DNA of 64,000 nucleotides, taken from contig JBITNC010000001.1 in NCBI GenBank assembly GCA_050084985.1, positions 69,502,001 to 69,566,000 on the forward strand. Direction: 5' to 3'. Below, one piece after another: positions 13,001 through 28,000 of the stretch. Each line of letters starts with the position of its first letter. Within the stretch, counting starts at the first letter, position 1. The notes under the pieces were generated by a model. That model was given only the letters and a program-made list of their open reading frames with translations. It ran no database searches and was not told where the DNA came from. The position numbers and the translations under genes were made by a program. This DNA is from Nageia nagi. Lineage: Eukaryota > Plantae > Pinophyta.

Positions 13001-16000
13001 TGCTCGAGTTTCAACTAGGTTGTTTCTAGAAAATGCTAAAGGTAAATATGGATGTGAAAAACTGTGGAAAAAAGGTGTAAAACAAAATAAAGAAAACTGG
13101 TAGAAAGACTGTGGGCAAAAAGATGCAACTACAGGCATGCACACTCACGGGCTTGAGACAATATCCTCGGAAGTCGACTCATTAGGTCTCGATGTAGGTT
13201 ACAAGCACCCTTTATCTATCCCACTAGCCAACAACACGAATGGTCTAGTGGAAGGAGCGTGAAGCTATGACAAGGATGAAGTATGATGGGATGGAGGTAG
13301 GACTTAGGATCTAGGTGAAGTTCCTATGGTGAATGACATCAATGAGACATTCCGGAATATCCAAGCCTAACTGCAAACGGTGAAATATCACAACAAGATG
13401 CTAACCAACCACTTCATAAGATGTTCGAGCACTCTCTTCTCCACTTCAAAGGAAATTTACAAGATGGATCAAGCGATTGAAATGAACACCAAGCAATGAT
13501 AAAATAAACTAGATAGCACTATCGATCATTCATTCAAATTCACGATTCCAACATGAGAAGCATTTAATCACAATTGCATTAAAATATACCACATTTAACA
13601 ACTTAGAGAATTTTTGGTATTGCAAGAAAAAGTTCTTTCAATTGTTAAAAATGTCAATCCCCCCTTACAAATAAACCAAAAATGGGGTATAAATAGTTTT
13701 TCAAGCAACCAAGAGTGTTGCCCTAACCCTAATTACGTGTTCCAAGAAAAATAAATGTGGTCCAATAATAAAGTCACATGGCATTACAAGATCCCTTTCA
13801 AACTTGTGGGAGCAAAACTTCATCCGTCACAAGTTTGGAAATAAAATAATAATAAAAGTCTTTTACGGAAAATAAAGATTTTATCAAAAATAAAATAAAC
13901 TGAAAATAGCTAAGATGATGGTGGTTCCATGGCCGCAACTCTATCTTCAAAGTCCTCATCCAAGAACTTGGCTATCATCTCCAAATTGCACACCATCTCC
14001 GAGGTCCTTGCCGGAAACTGGACGTAGGGGTGAGAGTGTGCTCCTAGGGTTGGCACATGCCCAGAGAATTCAAGATTTTGTCTTTCTAAAGCATGCACCC
14101 AACTGGAAGCTTCATGTCTTTTGCACACTTGTCGTCTCGGCTCCTCAACTCGTCTATTTTGACCTTGCATCATCTGAGTTTGTCTTTTTAAGGGCCCAAA
14201 CTTATCAAATTTCATCATTGGGCGCATCCAAGAATCCTCCCAGGCCAAGCGCATGTTTCAAAAAGACAAAATTTTGTCTTTTGAAACGGTGTGCCCAACC
14301 TGCCAATTCAGTTAGTTGGAGTGCATGTATCAAAAAGTCAAGAATTTGTCTTTTGAAACGGTGAGTCCAACCTTCCAATCATGCCTGAGTCGAATACTAG
14401 CTTCAAAGTTGTCATGCCTTAGCCAATTTTCACAATCGGATCAAATTGGCCATCTCCTTGCCTTAGGAGCATGCTTCAGAAAGACAAGATTTTGTATTTT
14501 GAAACGGGGCTCCCAACTCTCCAATCGTGTTAGCTTGAGCGCATGTTCCAAAAAATACAAGATTTTGTCTTTTTGAGACATGCACTGGGTTGCTCTTGCC
14601 CAGTTTGTCCTATTTCGAGGAATTAGCAAGTGGGACTTAGCCATATTTTCACATTTTCCAAGAACTGGTGTCTGTCTGGGTTAGGAGCATGCTACAGAAA
14701 GGCAAGATTTTGTCTTTTGAAACGGTGCTCCTAACTCCCTAGGCTAGGAGCATGCTACAGAAAGACAAGATTTTGTCTTCTGAAACGATGCTCCTAACTC
14801 CCTAGGTCATGCTTGAGCTGGATGCTGGTTTAAGGAGTCCGTGCCTTAGCCAAATTTTGTCATGAGATAGACTAGATGCCTCTTTGTCATGAGCGCATGC
14901 CCCCAAAAGACAAGATTTTGTCTTTTTGAGGCATGCGCTTGCGTCCTGGGTACTTGGACTCCACTTTCTCATCTTTGAACTCAACCTATGTGGCCTTCCA
15001 GCTTAAGCGCATGCTCCCAAAAGACAAGATTTTATCTTTTTGGGGCATGCACCAGACTTGAAGTGCCTCCAGTTTGTCTTCTCCATCTTCCGTTCCGATC
15101 TAGGCGACTCCCAGAGCTGAGCACATGTCCCAAAAAGACAAAACTTAATCTTTTTGAGGCATGCATTGCGCCTAAAAGTGGCCCAATTTGCCGTTTCTAG
15201 AGTCGGATTCCAACTTGGATGACTCCTTGGTCGAAGCAAATGTCCTCAAAAAGACAAGATTTTGTCTTTTTGAGGCATGCATTGGGCCTAGGGGTGGCCT
15301 AGACTCACTTGTCTCGTTTTCAACTCGACATAGGTTTCCCTAGTTCACCTAGACTCCACTTGAATTTCCAAACTTGGCAATTGTTTTGGAGGATTTTGAT
15401 TCTAACATGACTAAGACCAGGTGATTTAGCACACTTTGGTGACGGGATGATAAACGTGATTCCCAGTTAGATGGAGTCAGGAAGACACAAGAAAAATCAT
15501 GGTGTTGCATAGACATGCACGTGATTTTGGGGTGAGTTGTGTAAGGCACAATAGGGAACAGTTATGCAGGTCATGGATACATTGGGACAAGGTTGGGGTT
15601 GGGTTTTGTTCTGGCAGATATATCACTTTACTGTGCTTATTTACACTCTTGAAAGTTATATGATTATATCTATATATTTATCTACCTCTTCTTCTTTCAC
15701 AACTTCTTTTACAATGTAGTAAATATAAATCCCAGAAATATGAATTTTATGTGTTTCATTATTTTTAATCATTTCTTTATAATATTAACTTTTTATGTTT
15801 TTCTGCAGCTTTTTGTATATATCTATATATTTATTAAATGTGCGAACTTTTTTATACACATACCAATGAACCAGGTCATGGATACACTGGAACAACGTTC
15901 TGGCATATATCCCAGAAATATGAATGTTGGGTGTCCAATCTTTTTAAGTAGTTCTTTCTAGGATTATCAACTATTAGCTTTTATGTTTGTCTGCTACTTT

Positions 16001-19000
16001 TTGTATATATCTATATATTTACTAAATATGCGAGCTTGTTTATAGTTATACACGTACTAATGAACCGACACCAATGCAATCCCACTCCCACTTTCAGCAA
16101 TTAGTAGAGAATGACTAAAATTCAGATTGATTTTGAGGCCCACTATGATGAGTCAAGGATTCCTCAATAAGCATCAATTATGAAATTGTAAAATTTTGAC
16201 CTGTAAACACTGAATTCAAAAAGCATGGGTAAAAATGTGTCTTTTAACATGGAACAAACTTGGAAAATGTAGGTGTAAAATGAGAAAATTGAAAATTCCA
16301 TCCTAAAGAATATTAGTTAACTTCATAACACCTCAGGAATTGAATTGCATATTACATTATTTTTAAATGTCGTATGATATTGTACCATTCAATCTCTAAG
16401 AAACTGTAGACACCTAAATTTAATTTTTGATTTAATTAAAATAACTAATTTTGATTCAAGTCCGCTAATCCAAGATTTGTGTTCTTTGGCAAGGTATAAA
16501 TGGCATCATCAAGCTACTCCATTCTTGTCACGATCAACTCTCTTGGGACAAAAATAAAATTTCTAATCACTCAACATGGAAAGTTTTGAGTGGAATCGAG
16601 AAAAAACAAGCATCTGAGCTGAAGTCCTGATAGGATCCTCCAACTACAATGACTTAAAATTGCAATAAGTGCCAAACACAGTACTGTTGCCCCTCCTGTC
16701 ACGACAACGCACAACCAATGTCTCTCCTATTTTTTAGGAATTTCACCTCCCCAGAAAGTTGCTACCAAGTACTCTTCCGATCTAGGGGCCTGTTAGGACA
16801 TTAATTTCTCCATTTGACCTCTTCAAGGTTGTCAAATGCAAGGATACGTTCATGAAGAAATTGTTGTTCATATTACATGCAAATTTGAAGATTATATCAA
16901 GCCAAAACAGAGGATTCTGAACCTAAGAGCTAAAATTCTGAAGCAATCAATCAGCTCCCACAACTTTTAGTCTCACAAAAACCTCCAAAACAGGACCGTT
17001 GTCCATCCTGTCATGACAGCATAGGACAACTCTCCCTCTTGTTTCTGAGGAATTTCAACCCCTGGAAAGTGTCAGGGGGATCCAAATTCAACCTAGGGGA
17101 CTATTTGGACATCTGTTTTTCCATTTCAAGTACTGAATGTTATTTTCAATCAATTCTTTCATTTCAAGTTGCTTTTGGTACTAATTAACAGGAAGAAGAT
17201 GATCATCATTAAGGTTCATTCTAACCCCCTGCAATTCTAAGACAAGCATCAAATCCCCCAAAAAACTTGAAGTTTCAGGTATTCATTTGGAAGAGTTTGG
17301 ATCCTTCAAAGAAGTTATATCGTCAAATCAGGTGCACAAGTACTATTTTCCATGTTTCATGTTGATATATGTTAGATCTAGGACTGATATGCTTCTTAGT
17401 TCAATTTTTCATGGATCTACTATGTGCCCTAATTAGTAAAAGTGTCGTCATATTTGCTATATTATTGTATATTGCCAGTCTGTATTTTTTATTTGTACGG
17501 AAATATTATTTGCATGTTTATATTGCAAATTGCTTTTATTTGTCTACAGAAACAACGGCTTGTTTAATGTTTTATGTGTTCTTCACAAGCTCATTAGAAA
17601 ATTGAAAGGATTACGGCTCAGGTTGTATACGGATACAAATTTGGAACACTGACTTCAATTGTTCCCTTCACTTGTCCAAGGATATCCCATACTTGCTAAT
17701 TATCTTGCATCGTACCTTTTTGTATAGTCTTTCTTAACACTTGATTGGAAAAAAAAGATGAATATTAAATTTTAAGCTAACAATGATCAATTATCTATCA
17801 CATAAGTTTTAACGGAAGCAAATGAATATCATGCTCATCATCATTGAAGAGGCCAAAATAATTGTTAAAGCTAAAATGGATTCCTATATGTAGATTTATT
17901 TCCAAATCCAAGGCAACTAAGGATAATAGTTGCAAAATTCACCAAGGATGTCACGTACATGCTAATCATCTTTCATTGAACTTTTTGTATAATTTCTGTA
18001 GAACTTTATAAGAAAGAAACTTGAGTAGAATGCCTTCAGCTTAGTACAAACAGTTATTGCTATAAAAATTAAATTGAAAAATTAGTTTCAACAGGAGAAA
18101 ATTAGTACCATTATCATCAACAGAAAAGAACCCACAAAAATTGTTGAAATCATCACAGAGCAATATAAGTAGTTTTATTTTCCAATCAAAGGCAACTAAG
18201 GATATTAGTTGTGAAAATTCAACAAAATGGTATGATTGGTAGAAGTTTGTACTTCAGATAAAATTTGGAAGGAACAAGTAAAGGAGAAAGCGTTTTCATG
18301 GTAAATCACTGTGCAGCAATTTTTTACCTTCATATGGATTGAAAAACCTTTAGTGATAAAACAATCCAACTGCCAATTTAAAATCTTTAGGTATGAAAAT
18401 AATCCAACTATGAAGTACAATGTAAAATAGCTACCTGGTCAATCAAATCTGGATTTGACAGAGCCCAGCCTTTTTTACGATATGCTTCACGAACTTCCTC
18501 GCAATTATTGCAACAATCATCATCTGACTGCTTCCAACACAAGAAATTAAAGAAAATAATTAACAGACATCAAAATTGTGTCCTCGATTCATATCCACCA
18601 TCATTTCCTGAATCACACAAAACATAGAAATCCAGGCTATCCAAGACATCCACATCTGGCAAGAAATAAGATAAGCACCTTTAGAGCATAGTTTATAATT
18701 AAGTTTAAGAAATCACCAAATAGCTGCAGAAATGCAAGTTTGACTGGAAGCAGCCAAGAAAAACTCAAGTGGAATAATGGAAAAACAGGCCCTAAAGTGT
18801 GTGAAAGTGTTGTAGTGCGCATCGTATCAGAGCCATCAATAGATTGTAACAATTAATTATCTATGAGAGAATAAAGCGTCCTGGACATAGTATCAGAGCT
18901 ATCAATAGATTGTAACAATTATCTATGAGACAAAAAGCATCCTCTAAAACCTAACCTTTTGGAAGTCACCGAATAACAATTTCAAATTGAACCAATATAC

Positions 19001-22000
19001 AGAAAAGTAGAATGAAGCTACATGAATTCACCATTTCATCAAAGATCTTGACCAATAATAGATTGCTAATTTGATAGCTACAATGAAAACAGCATCTTTA
19101 TAAATACCCTCGTAAGTTCTGTGATATGGCAGACACAACTACAATACTATGAATATCATTTTCATATGGGAGTGCAACTAAAAGAGATACGAGTTTGGAG
19201 AATTGGAAATAAGGTAGAAATGTAGTTCTTGATCAGGCTAATATTTTAAGTCATATGCTATTGACCCATGAACCTCAAACTTTTGATTGGAAGCCGCCAA
19301 CAAAAACTGCAGACATCAAAGTTTGATTGGAAGCAGCCAAGAAAAACTGACGTGGAAATATGGAAACACAGATCCTAAAGTGTGTGAGATGTGCTGTAGT
19401 GGGCATAGTATCAAAGCCATCAACAGATTGTAACAATTATCTATGAGACAAAAAGCATCCTCCAAAACCTAACCTTTTGGAAGTCACCGAATGACAATTT
19501 CAAATTGAACCAACATACAGAAAAGTAGAATGGAGCTACATGAATTCACCATTTAATCAAAGATCTTGACCAATAATAGATTGCTAATTTGAAGGCTACA
19601 ATGAAAACAACATCTTTATAAATACCCTCATAAGTTCTGTAATATCGCAGAAACAACCACAACAATATGAATATCATTTTCATATGGGAGTGCAACTACA
19701 TAAAAGAGATACAAGTTGGAATTGTAAATAGAGCAGAAATGTAGTTCTTAATCAGGCTAATATTTTAAGTCATGCTATTGACCTCCATAGTGCCTATGAA
19801 CCTAGAACATTTGTCATATACATTTCATTCTTGCAATCAATATTCGCATCTCAAACATACACTTCAGAGAACCAGAATAAATGAAATTACAAAGCACTTA
19901 ACCTCACTAGAGAAATACATTGCATGCCTTGATTAAATCAGAGCTTAATATTTTCAAACGAAACATTAAGAAACTTATAGAATTACAAAGCTGAAACTAA
20001 AAAGTGCATTAAATGATTTTTCCAAACAAATTGCTCTTAGAACAAGAAGCTTCCCTTCAAATCCCTTGGACAAAATTAACACCAGTCAATGGTTATACCC
20101 AAACGTTTAATACTTTCAAATTGTAACAGTACATAATAACCTAATGCTGCAGATTCTGTCACATCCTTTAAATCGGATTAATGCACAAAAAATAGAATAA
20201 ATTTAACCTAGAAGAGGAAATGCAGACCTGTTCTGCCCCATAGCAAGATCCACAATAAGTCTCATTATGCTCCAATCTGCCTCCATGCCTTTGAAGTGGA
20301 TTCTCAATCTGCATGCATAGAAAGATTTAGCAATCTCAAAAATGAATTTGCTTGTAACAATTGAATTGAACTCTTTGATATATTTTAGAAGCTTGAAGTT
20401 TCATATTCGCAAATAGAATTTACATTTCTCCAAACAAAGAAAATAACATAAGAAAAATACATATCGTACATTTCATTAGTAGTAAACAATTTAAAAAAGA
20501 TATTATTATATACAATGTTGACAATAACATAGAATGGTAGTAAGATAATATCTGAAACTGGCAGGTACTTAGGTTACTGTGAATCCCTGGTACATAGTTG
20601 GGCTTATACTCAATAAAAGTAGACAAGAACTAGAAAACCAAGGAAATCTATTAAATGATCAAGTCAAAAAAAGACAAAAATTTTGAAAGTTTGTCGATGC
20701 TTTTGGCAGAATTAAATGTATTGATAGAGCATAAATATAACTGGTTGTTATGTATTTTTTAGTGTTATCCTATTTCAATAAGGTTGTTGCTTAGATGAAA
20801 ATAATGAATTGTTTATTAAAAGCATCCTAAGATTTCAAAGTCTACTTGTGACAAAGGGTTTGAATTCATTGTGTTGTACAAACATAAAATTCCAGTATCG
20901 ATAAATAAATAGCAGAAATATAATTGAACTTTGCAGTCCTGAATAAGAGTATTGATGTTTGATTAGATTAAATGTCAGATTGTTTATCAACAAGGACAAT
21001 CACAAAATAAAGAAATAAATTATTCATATATGCAAACACTTGCAAGAAAACCTAATAAGAATACAGTGTACAGTTACCAAAAGGTGTAAAGAGTACCTTC
21101 ATTCCTCCACACATACTAAAGCAATCACAAAATTACACATCTCAAATTTTAATCAGAAATTTTAAATGGGAAAATGAAAGGCAAAATGTAAAATAGTACA
21201 AATGCAAACCGTAGAAGAAAAGAGGGCTGAGAGGATGGTTGCTGAAACTATTCCTGTCATAATAAGCAATAGTTTTCTCTGGACAATATAATTAGGAGGG
21301 CGCTTGACACAAACATTAATGTTGTTGGGTCTGACAATAAGACTAATTTACGCTTTTGTACCTGTACCTCTGAAAAAGAACTTATGGTTACTTTGAAAGA
21401 AACACTTGTTGTTCTCTCCAGGGTTTTTCAATTGTCTTCCCTGTACCTCATTTACTTACCTTTCTGGAGATGCCTTCATACTCCCTCTTTAGCTATTGCA
21501 TAATTTTATGTACTTACTATTCCCATTGACCTATTTTGGTCATTCATGGGCATAAATATAGTGTATTCTAGAGTTACATGCAGAGTTTTACTAAGTGGAC
21601 CATAGACTCATTTTTAGGTTTTAAGGAGAGATGTAATCTCCATTTGAGAGATGCCTCTAAGATGTCAAGAGGCATTTGAGACATGTTTCCACATGTATCA
21701 GGCAAAGACATATATACATGCTTCAATGCTCTAGAGATTACATTATAAATTTGAATTATAGATGCATAAATATGTAAATTCCTCACCATGACTTTCCATT
21801 TATCCTATAGAATTCAAAACTTTCCGCAAAATGTATGTATTCCAAAGAATAACAATGAACATTAACAAAATTAACCTGAAAAATCTACAAAATGCATGAA
21901 TTCCAAAGAACAACAATGAACATTGGCACAGCTGTGAATGGAAGATCCTTCACAGAAGGAGATCCATACAGTCCTCAGTGAAAAGATCGAATATAAAAAC

Positions 22001-25000
22001 CTAATCAAAGATAAAGAAATCAGGAGCCTTATATAGGTAAAGAAGCAGGCCATTGAATTATTATATGGATGGAAATAATCAAAGTTAAAAATGTATTGGA
22101 AATGGGAAATGAATTTCGGGATTGGTGGACGGAAAATAAAATATTGGTAAAATTGACAGAAATTTTAAAATTTATCAAAAATAAATAACATAAATTATTA
22201 AATCACATACAATAGTATTCTACAGAATCTAATTTCTTGCATACATGATACATTTAAATTTATCATTTAAATATTTATATAATAAATTTTACTTTAATTT
22301 AATAATATTTAAAAATGATAAATATTAAATTAATATTTTATTTAAATAAATAAATTTTATTTATTAAATATTATTAAATTTAAATTTAATTTAATAAATA
22401 TATATAATTCAATAAATTTAAACGAATATATAAATTATTTTTTATTTAAATTTAGATTTAAATTTTGATATAATAAATTTTATTTAATTTTAAATAAATT
22501 AATATTTTTGAATATTAATGCCTAGACGTCTCCTTTTGTGGAATGAATCGGGGGCAACTCCCTAAGAAGTGGAAACATCTCGGTAACATCTTTGCCACTC
22601 CCCAAAAAAAGGAAAGGGGAAAACATGCCTCAAACAAATACTAGGCAACATATTAAGTTACACTGGATGTAGTCCTCAAACAAATACTAGGCAGGATATT
22701 AAGTTACATGAGGAAAAAATTAGCTAGCAAACCAAAAGATATAAAAAAGACTTAAAAAAAACATCTGACATTGATCTTATAGAACCCAACTTAACTTGGT
22801 CCAACATAAAATGCTAGACGTCAAGACCACAAGGGGGTCATTCGCATACCACGAAAGAGAACATAAAGTCAATCAGTCAAACCAAATAATCATTGCAAAA
22901 TAAAGATGCCACTCATCGATCTGAAATGAGGCTTTCTAAGCTTATCAAGTGGATGAGGAAAATGAAATTAACAAATATATCACCGAGTGGATGCATTTGA
23001 TCATTAACCACATAATTATTATTCAAGACTTTTAACATAGCAAATTTTCAGCCACTTCCTATAAATGTCTTTACTTTGAATTTAAGCGCTGTCATTCTTT
23101 GCGAACCTTCATATTGGTTCATTATTCTAAAATATTTCCAACGCTATACATCCTGGACACTATTAAATTTAGACTACTAAAAATGAGAGGTCAAGATAAA
23201 ATTGCAGAAAGCTATCCTCCCTCCAAATTCGAGCATATACGCCCAGAGTATATAGCTCAAAATGGTGGAACCAAAAATCCATGCTGCTTGCATAATGGAG
23301 GTTAATTGGGCCGAGGAAGTCAAATTTGTAGGTGGCTGGTCCCAATTCATCTAGCAGGACACAATTTTGGTTGTTTTTGGGCTATATACTCAGGAAGTAT
23401 ATGTTCAAATTTGGAGGGAGAATAGCTTAATCCGATAAAAATTGTGCATCTTACGGATCTTGGTATACATAGCTACATAAACACATATTTATCGATAAAT
23501 TCTTCTTGTTTGTAAGTCTATGAATTAGTTCCAACAGTTTAAGGATACTCTATAACCATATACATCTCCATCACCATGATTTTAACAGCAACTGCATGAA
23601 ATTCCAACAATCTTGGGAATCATCGACAGCCAGGGTTCCCATAGTTAATGTATTTTATAAACAAAACTTTAGAATTCCAAGCATCTTTGAACAAACTTCC
23701 TTTGCTATGAGTTAATGTACAGCTTTAAAAACTTGACATACACATTTGATATTCAAATGAATGACAACTTCATCCATTTTGATGTCATTACACCAGTTGT
23801 CAGAAACAAGGAAATCTATAATCAGATAATAATATGATCTAGATCGCAAGAGCTGTCTTTGAACAGTCATCCATCATTTTAGGAATAATATCAATATTCT
23901 CAATAACAACATGAACTAGTTTATAAATTGCAAGGCAAGTTATGTTGCATGGTAATTTGTGTTCTTTCAAATAAGACTTGTCACTTGGAATTATGCTTCC
24001 ACATGTCTTCCAACTATTTGTTAAATTGCTTTTTCATAGTGAATCTCCCACAAAGGCATACATACTTGCATATAACTAAAGCGATGTCTCTACAAATATA
24101 CTTTTCCCAAAAATATTGTGACTCAGGCTCAAAATGTGGGAAGACATCCAGATAACAGATTAGTTGCATTGAACAAAAACTAATCTCTGCTTACAAATGT
24201 CATCCTATCAAAGCGTTGGGATGATAAAATAATTATCTACCTTAATCTTGTGTGATATTGTGCTTCTTTGCTGTAATGTTATTTACACATAATTATATTT
24301 TATTTTTATAATCAAAACTCTCTTTTATTTCGAGGATAGGTACTTCAACTCTATCCTAGCTTCCCAATTCTGCAAGGGTAATGTAGAACCTTTAAACCAC
24401 AGAAAAGATGTTAAGCTTTGAACTCGAACCTCCACTGTGAAAATTTCCCCAATTTACCTACCAACCTTATGTGGACAGGCTATTTTATTATTATAGTATT
24501 AGATGCAATAGATTTAAATTAATAAAAAAATAGATTTAAGTAAATATAGTTTGTAAGATAAAATCCTTCTTAAATGATATTTTTAATAATGTGAAATATA
24601 ATGTGAAATACTTCTCAACTAATATTTTGATATTACTTAGTATTATTAATAGAATTAAATATTATTAATTAAATATATAATCAAATGTATTAACCTAAGT
24701 TGCATGGAGCGAGCTGGAGCCGGAGCAGGAGAGGATGTGGCAGGCAACGATGCAGATGGTGGAGATCCAAGCCTTTGGGGCTGGATCGAAATGGTTTTAG
24801 AAGACCCATTTGCAGATCTGGTTGTGTGGCCTGGCCTGACTGATGCAGATGGAGGCTTCCTCGGAGACTCTTTGGTGAACCTGGTTTTGCGAAGAATATC
24901 CTTTTAAATGACAAACGCTCATGGTGTTTCGTGCTTTTTCAACAATAAGATGTTGATCCCTGGCTTTGAACGAGATGGGACCATGGTTTTAATCATTTGC

Positions 25001-28000
25001 AGGAAATTTCCCTCAGTTTCATGGTACCGGGTGGCAATCAATGGTTACAGTCATGGTGTTACTGATATGGAGCTAGAGAGGTCGCATCGGAGAGAGAGTG
25101 TTGTTACGAGGACGGAAAGTGATGTAAGTTTTCGAGCATCGACTTCTAGGAGAGCTCACCGGCAGCAGTGGTCTATGTACGGGGTACACTATCAACTCAA
25201 TGAGTTGTCGAAGAATTTTGAGAAGATTCGAACAACGGCTCTTCCATGATGTGTTTATGGCTGTTGGCAGGAGAATGACGTTTGTTTCCCTTCAAAAGGG
25301 ATTTCTTTCCTTTGGGAAAAATTTGGATGTTTTGGGCCAGAGATACCTAGTTTCTTTTTTAAACACTATTTCAAACATGGAATGTTTTTTAGGAACCTTT
25401 GAATGGAGTAAGGTATGCATTGGGGGCCACTCTTTTTAGCCCTCGGGGAAGGCTCCTATGGGGTCTCCTTTTCCCTATTTTACTCTATGGTTCTCTTGCT
25501 ACATACCCCCTGTAAGAGGTAGATTTCGTTTTAAGATCGCCTAGTATGTTTCATTTTCTTGGGTTTTATCGTCTATGCTGCTAGGCAGGGTTAGGCTAAA
25601 GAGCTGCCAGTTGTATTTTGTTGCTGTTTAGTTTTTTTAGTGCTCATTGAAGATCTGAAGATGATGTAAAAGGTATCAGGTCCTTTCAAAACCCCTGATT
25701 TTATCCTATATATATCAAAAATATATATAATCTAATGTATTTATAAATATTAATGATTTTAAAAGATAAAAAAATTGATATATTTTTATTATAGAAGACT
25801 CCAAAACGTTTATAAAAAATTGATGGAGCAACACCATTCCACTTCCAACGCTGCCCCGGCTACAACTGTATAACTAATATCTCTCCCAATTAAATATAAA
25901 ACATTTTGATGACCATCAATAAGAGACTGAAAAAGTTGGCATTGCTTTATCTTTCAAAAATGAAAAAACAGCAATGCAAAACCCATGTCTCAGATTGAAC
26001 TCTTCTATAAGCTGGTTCCAAGCTGTGAAACATTTTACCTGCTACTATGAACAAAAGAGTCTCTACGATTCCCATATTCCTGAACAATAAAAGTAAATAA
26101 ATAAACCAACAGTATTTCCCTGACATTTTATGCTGCTCAATTAAAGATTCCAATATTTTCATTATTCCTGTTACAATGAATTTTCTGTTAAAAATTGTTA
26201 GTTAGAACTTCTGACATATTTTAGATCTTTACAGCCGCATACTTTTGTGACAATTTAACATGAAAACTATCTTCTTTAAACACTTGAACTCTGGTATGCA
26301 TACATGAAATAAGAAATGTTAAAAATAAAGGAAGCAGCATTTCCTGGAATATGCATAGAAATAGCAGACAGACTCTCTGAGTATGGTGAACACTCAAGTT
26401 ATCTTATCGGGTTGATCAAAACAATTATTCAAATTCAACTTGCTAATTTTGAAGGTTGAACAAGTTTTTGCTAGTTTCGCAGTTGACGCATGAGTTTTTG
26501 CCAATCTTTTTTGAAAAATCACAATATTTTAATATTTTTAATTCCAGAGTTTTTGTCAAGTCCAAGTTTTTACCAAGCCAAAGGCTCATTGAATTTTTGC
26601 CAAGCCAATGGCTCCCCGAGTTTTTGCCAAATCCAAGCTTAACCTATTATGCATAAATTTGATTAACATGACCACAAATACTAGAATACAACATACAATA
26701 ATCCAAAAAAAATTAATCATTATCAAATGCAAATTGCATAATACTTGAAAAGGGCAGCAATTAGGTGCAAGGAACCAACCAGTGGTGCACCAATTCCGTC
26801 GAGCCTTGTTTCAATAACATTTCCATGCGAGTCAATTCGTTTCTTGATAATGTTGTGTTTCTGCAGGTCAGAAAGAGAAATGCATAAGTACAAACAAAAC
26901 ACTATATTCAATTGACTGATTTTAAAGTGAGTACTCAATTTAGATAGTATTATAATCAAAATCATATAGATTCATCAAGTAACTTAACTCTTCCAGTATA
27001 TGAACATCCGTCTTATCCACATTTACTGATATTCCTTGAAAAGATATTATCTACATAAAGTAATGGCATCTCTTATTGATCAAACGACATTTTTCCATAT
27101 GCTTTAATCAAACTTTAACCTATTAATACAATTATCAAGGGCCAACCAGGTCCAGCTTCACAAATGGCATTACCATGCAACTAGGTTAATGAAATTGATG
27201 AGGCTTGAAATTAGCCTCATTTTGATATATTAATGTTATTTTACTGATGCATTAAAGGGATACTTTAGTAAATAATTATATATTTTTTATATATTAAACT
27301 AGTCTAATTGGATAATAAATGCTATACCTTATGAAGTTGCTAATGTTTTTATACTTTTGCAATATTTGTGTTAATGTGTTATTTGTGATGCAATAGAAGA
27401 ATAAAAGGGCGATATTTCACAATGTTATATTTTGATCTCTCACCAAAAATGATCATGACCAATGTGCACAAGGAGGAAATCTATGGGTTAAGCTGCATAT
27501 CCAGAATTACAGAAGATTTTGTTAGAACAGAGCTATTTTGTTGTATCCAACGAAAAATCTTGTGAAATTCGGACGGCTGATTCTACTCGATAATGGGTAC
27601 TCAGAATATTTTACAGATCAAGAAAAGACCCAATAATGAGAAAGTTATGGTATCCGCAATATTTGCCTAGCAATAAGTGACGTTTTTCCATTTGATCTTT
27701 AGGCATCCAAGCATTTCCATATGTAGCCAGGTGTTACATGGATAAGATTCGAGAAGATCTTCCATTCCAGGAAGATAGAAAGCAAACTTTGTATTGGCAC
27801 CAACATTTAAGGAGGTTGAAGAATAGCATTTAGAACAGATGAGATTGGCAGCTGTGCAAATATCTTCTACATCGGATTTGGAGGAATGAGTATTTCACAT
27901 TCTATACTTCCAGCCTTTGGATTGTTACACGGCCAGCCAGGGAGCATCTTCAACAATGTTAATTGGGACATAGCTGCCAGATATGGATCATTTTTAATGC

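Noticed and set aside
13910-15549. Short ORFs with recurring KKTKFCL/QDFVFL peptides as a repeat protein
   Set aside because: They are translations of the DNA palindrome and appear in several frames on both strands
22140-22520. Organellar insertion or origin-like AT island
   Set aside because: Low-complexity AT tract flanked by MITE-like ends; no organellar gene content
24330-24480. tRNA gene
   Set aside because: Only a B-box-like motif, no cloverleaf; at most a SINE relic
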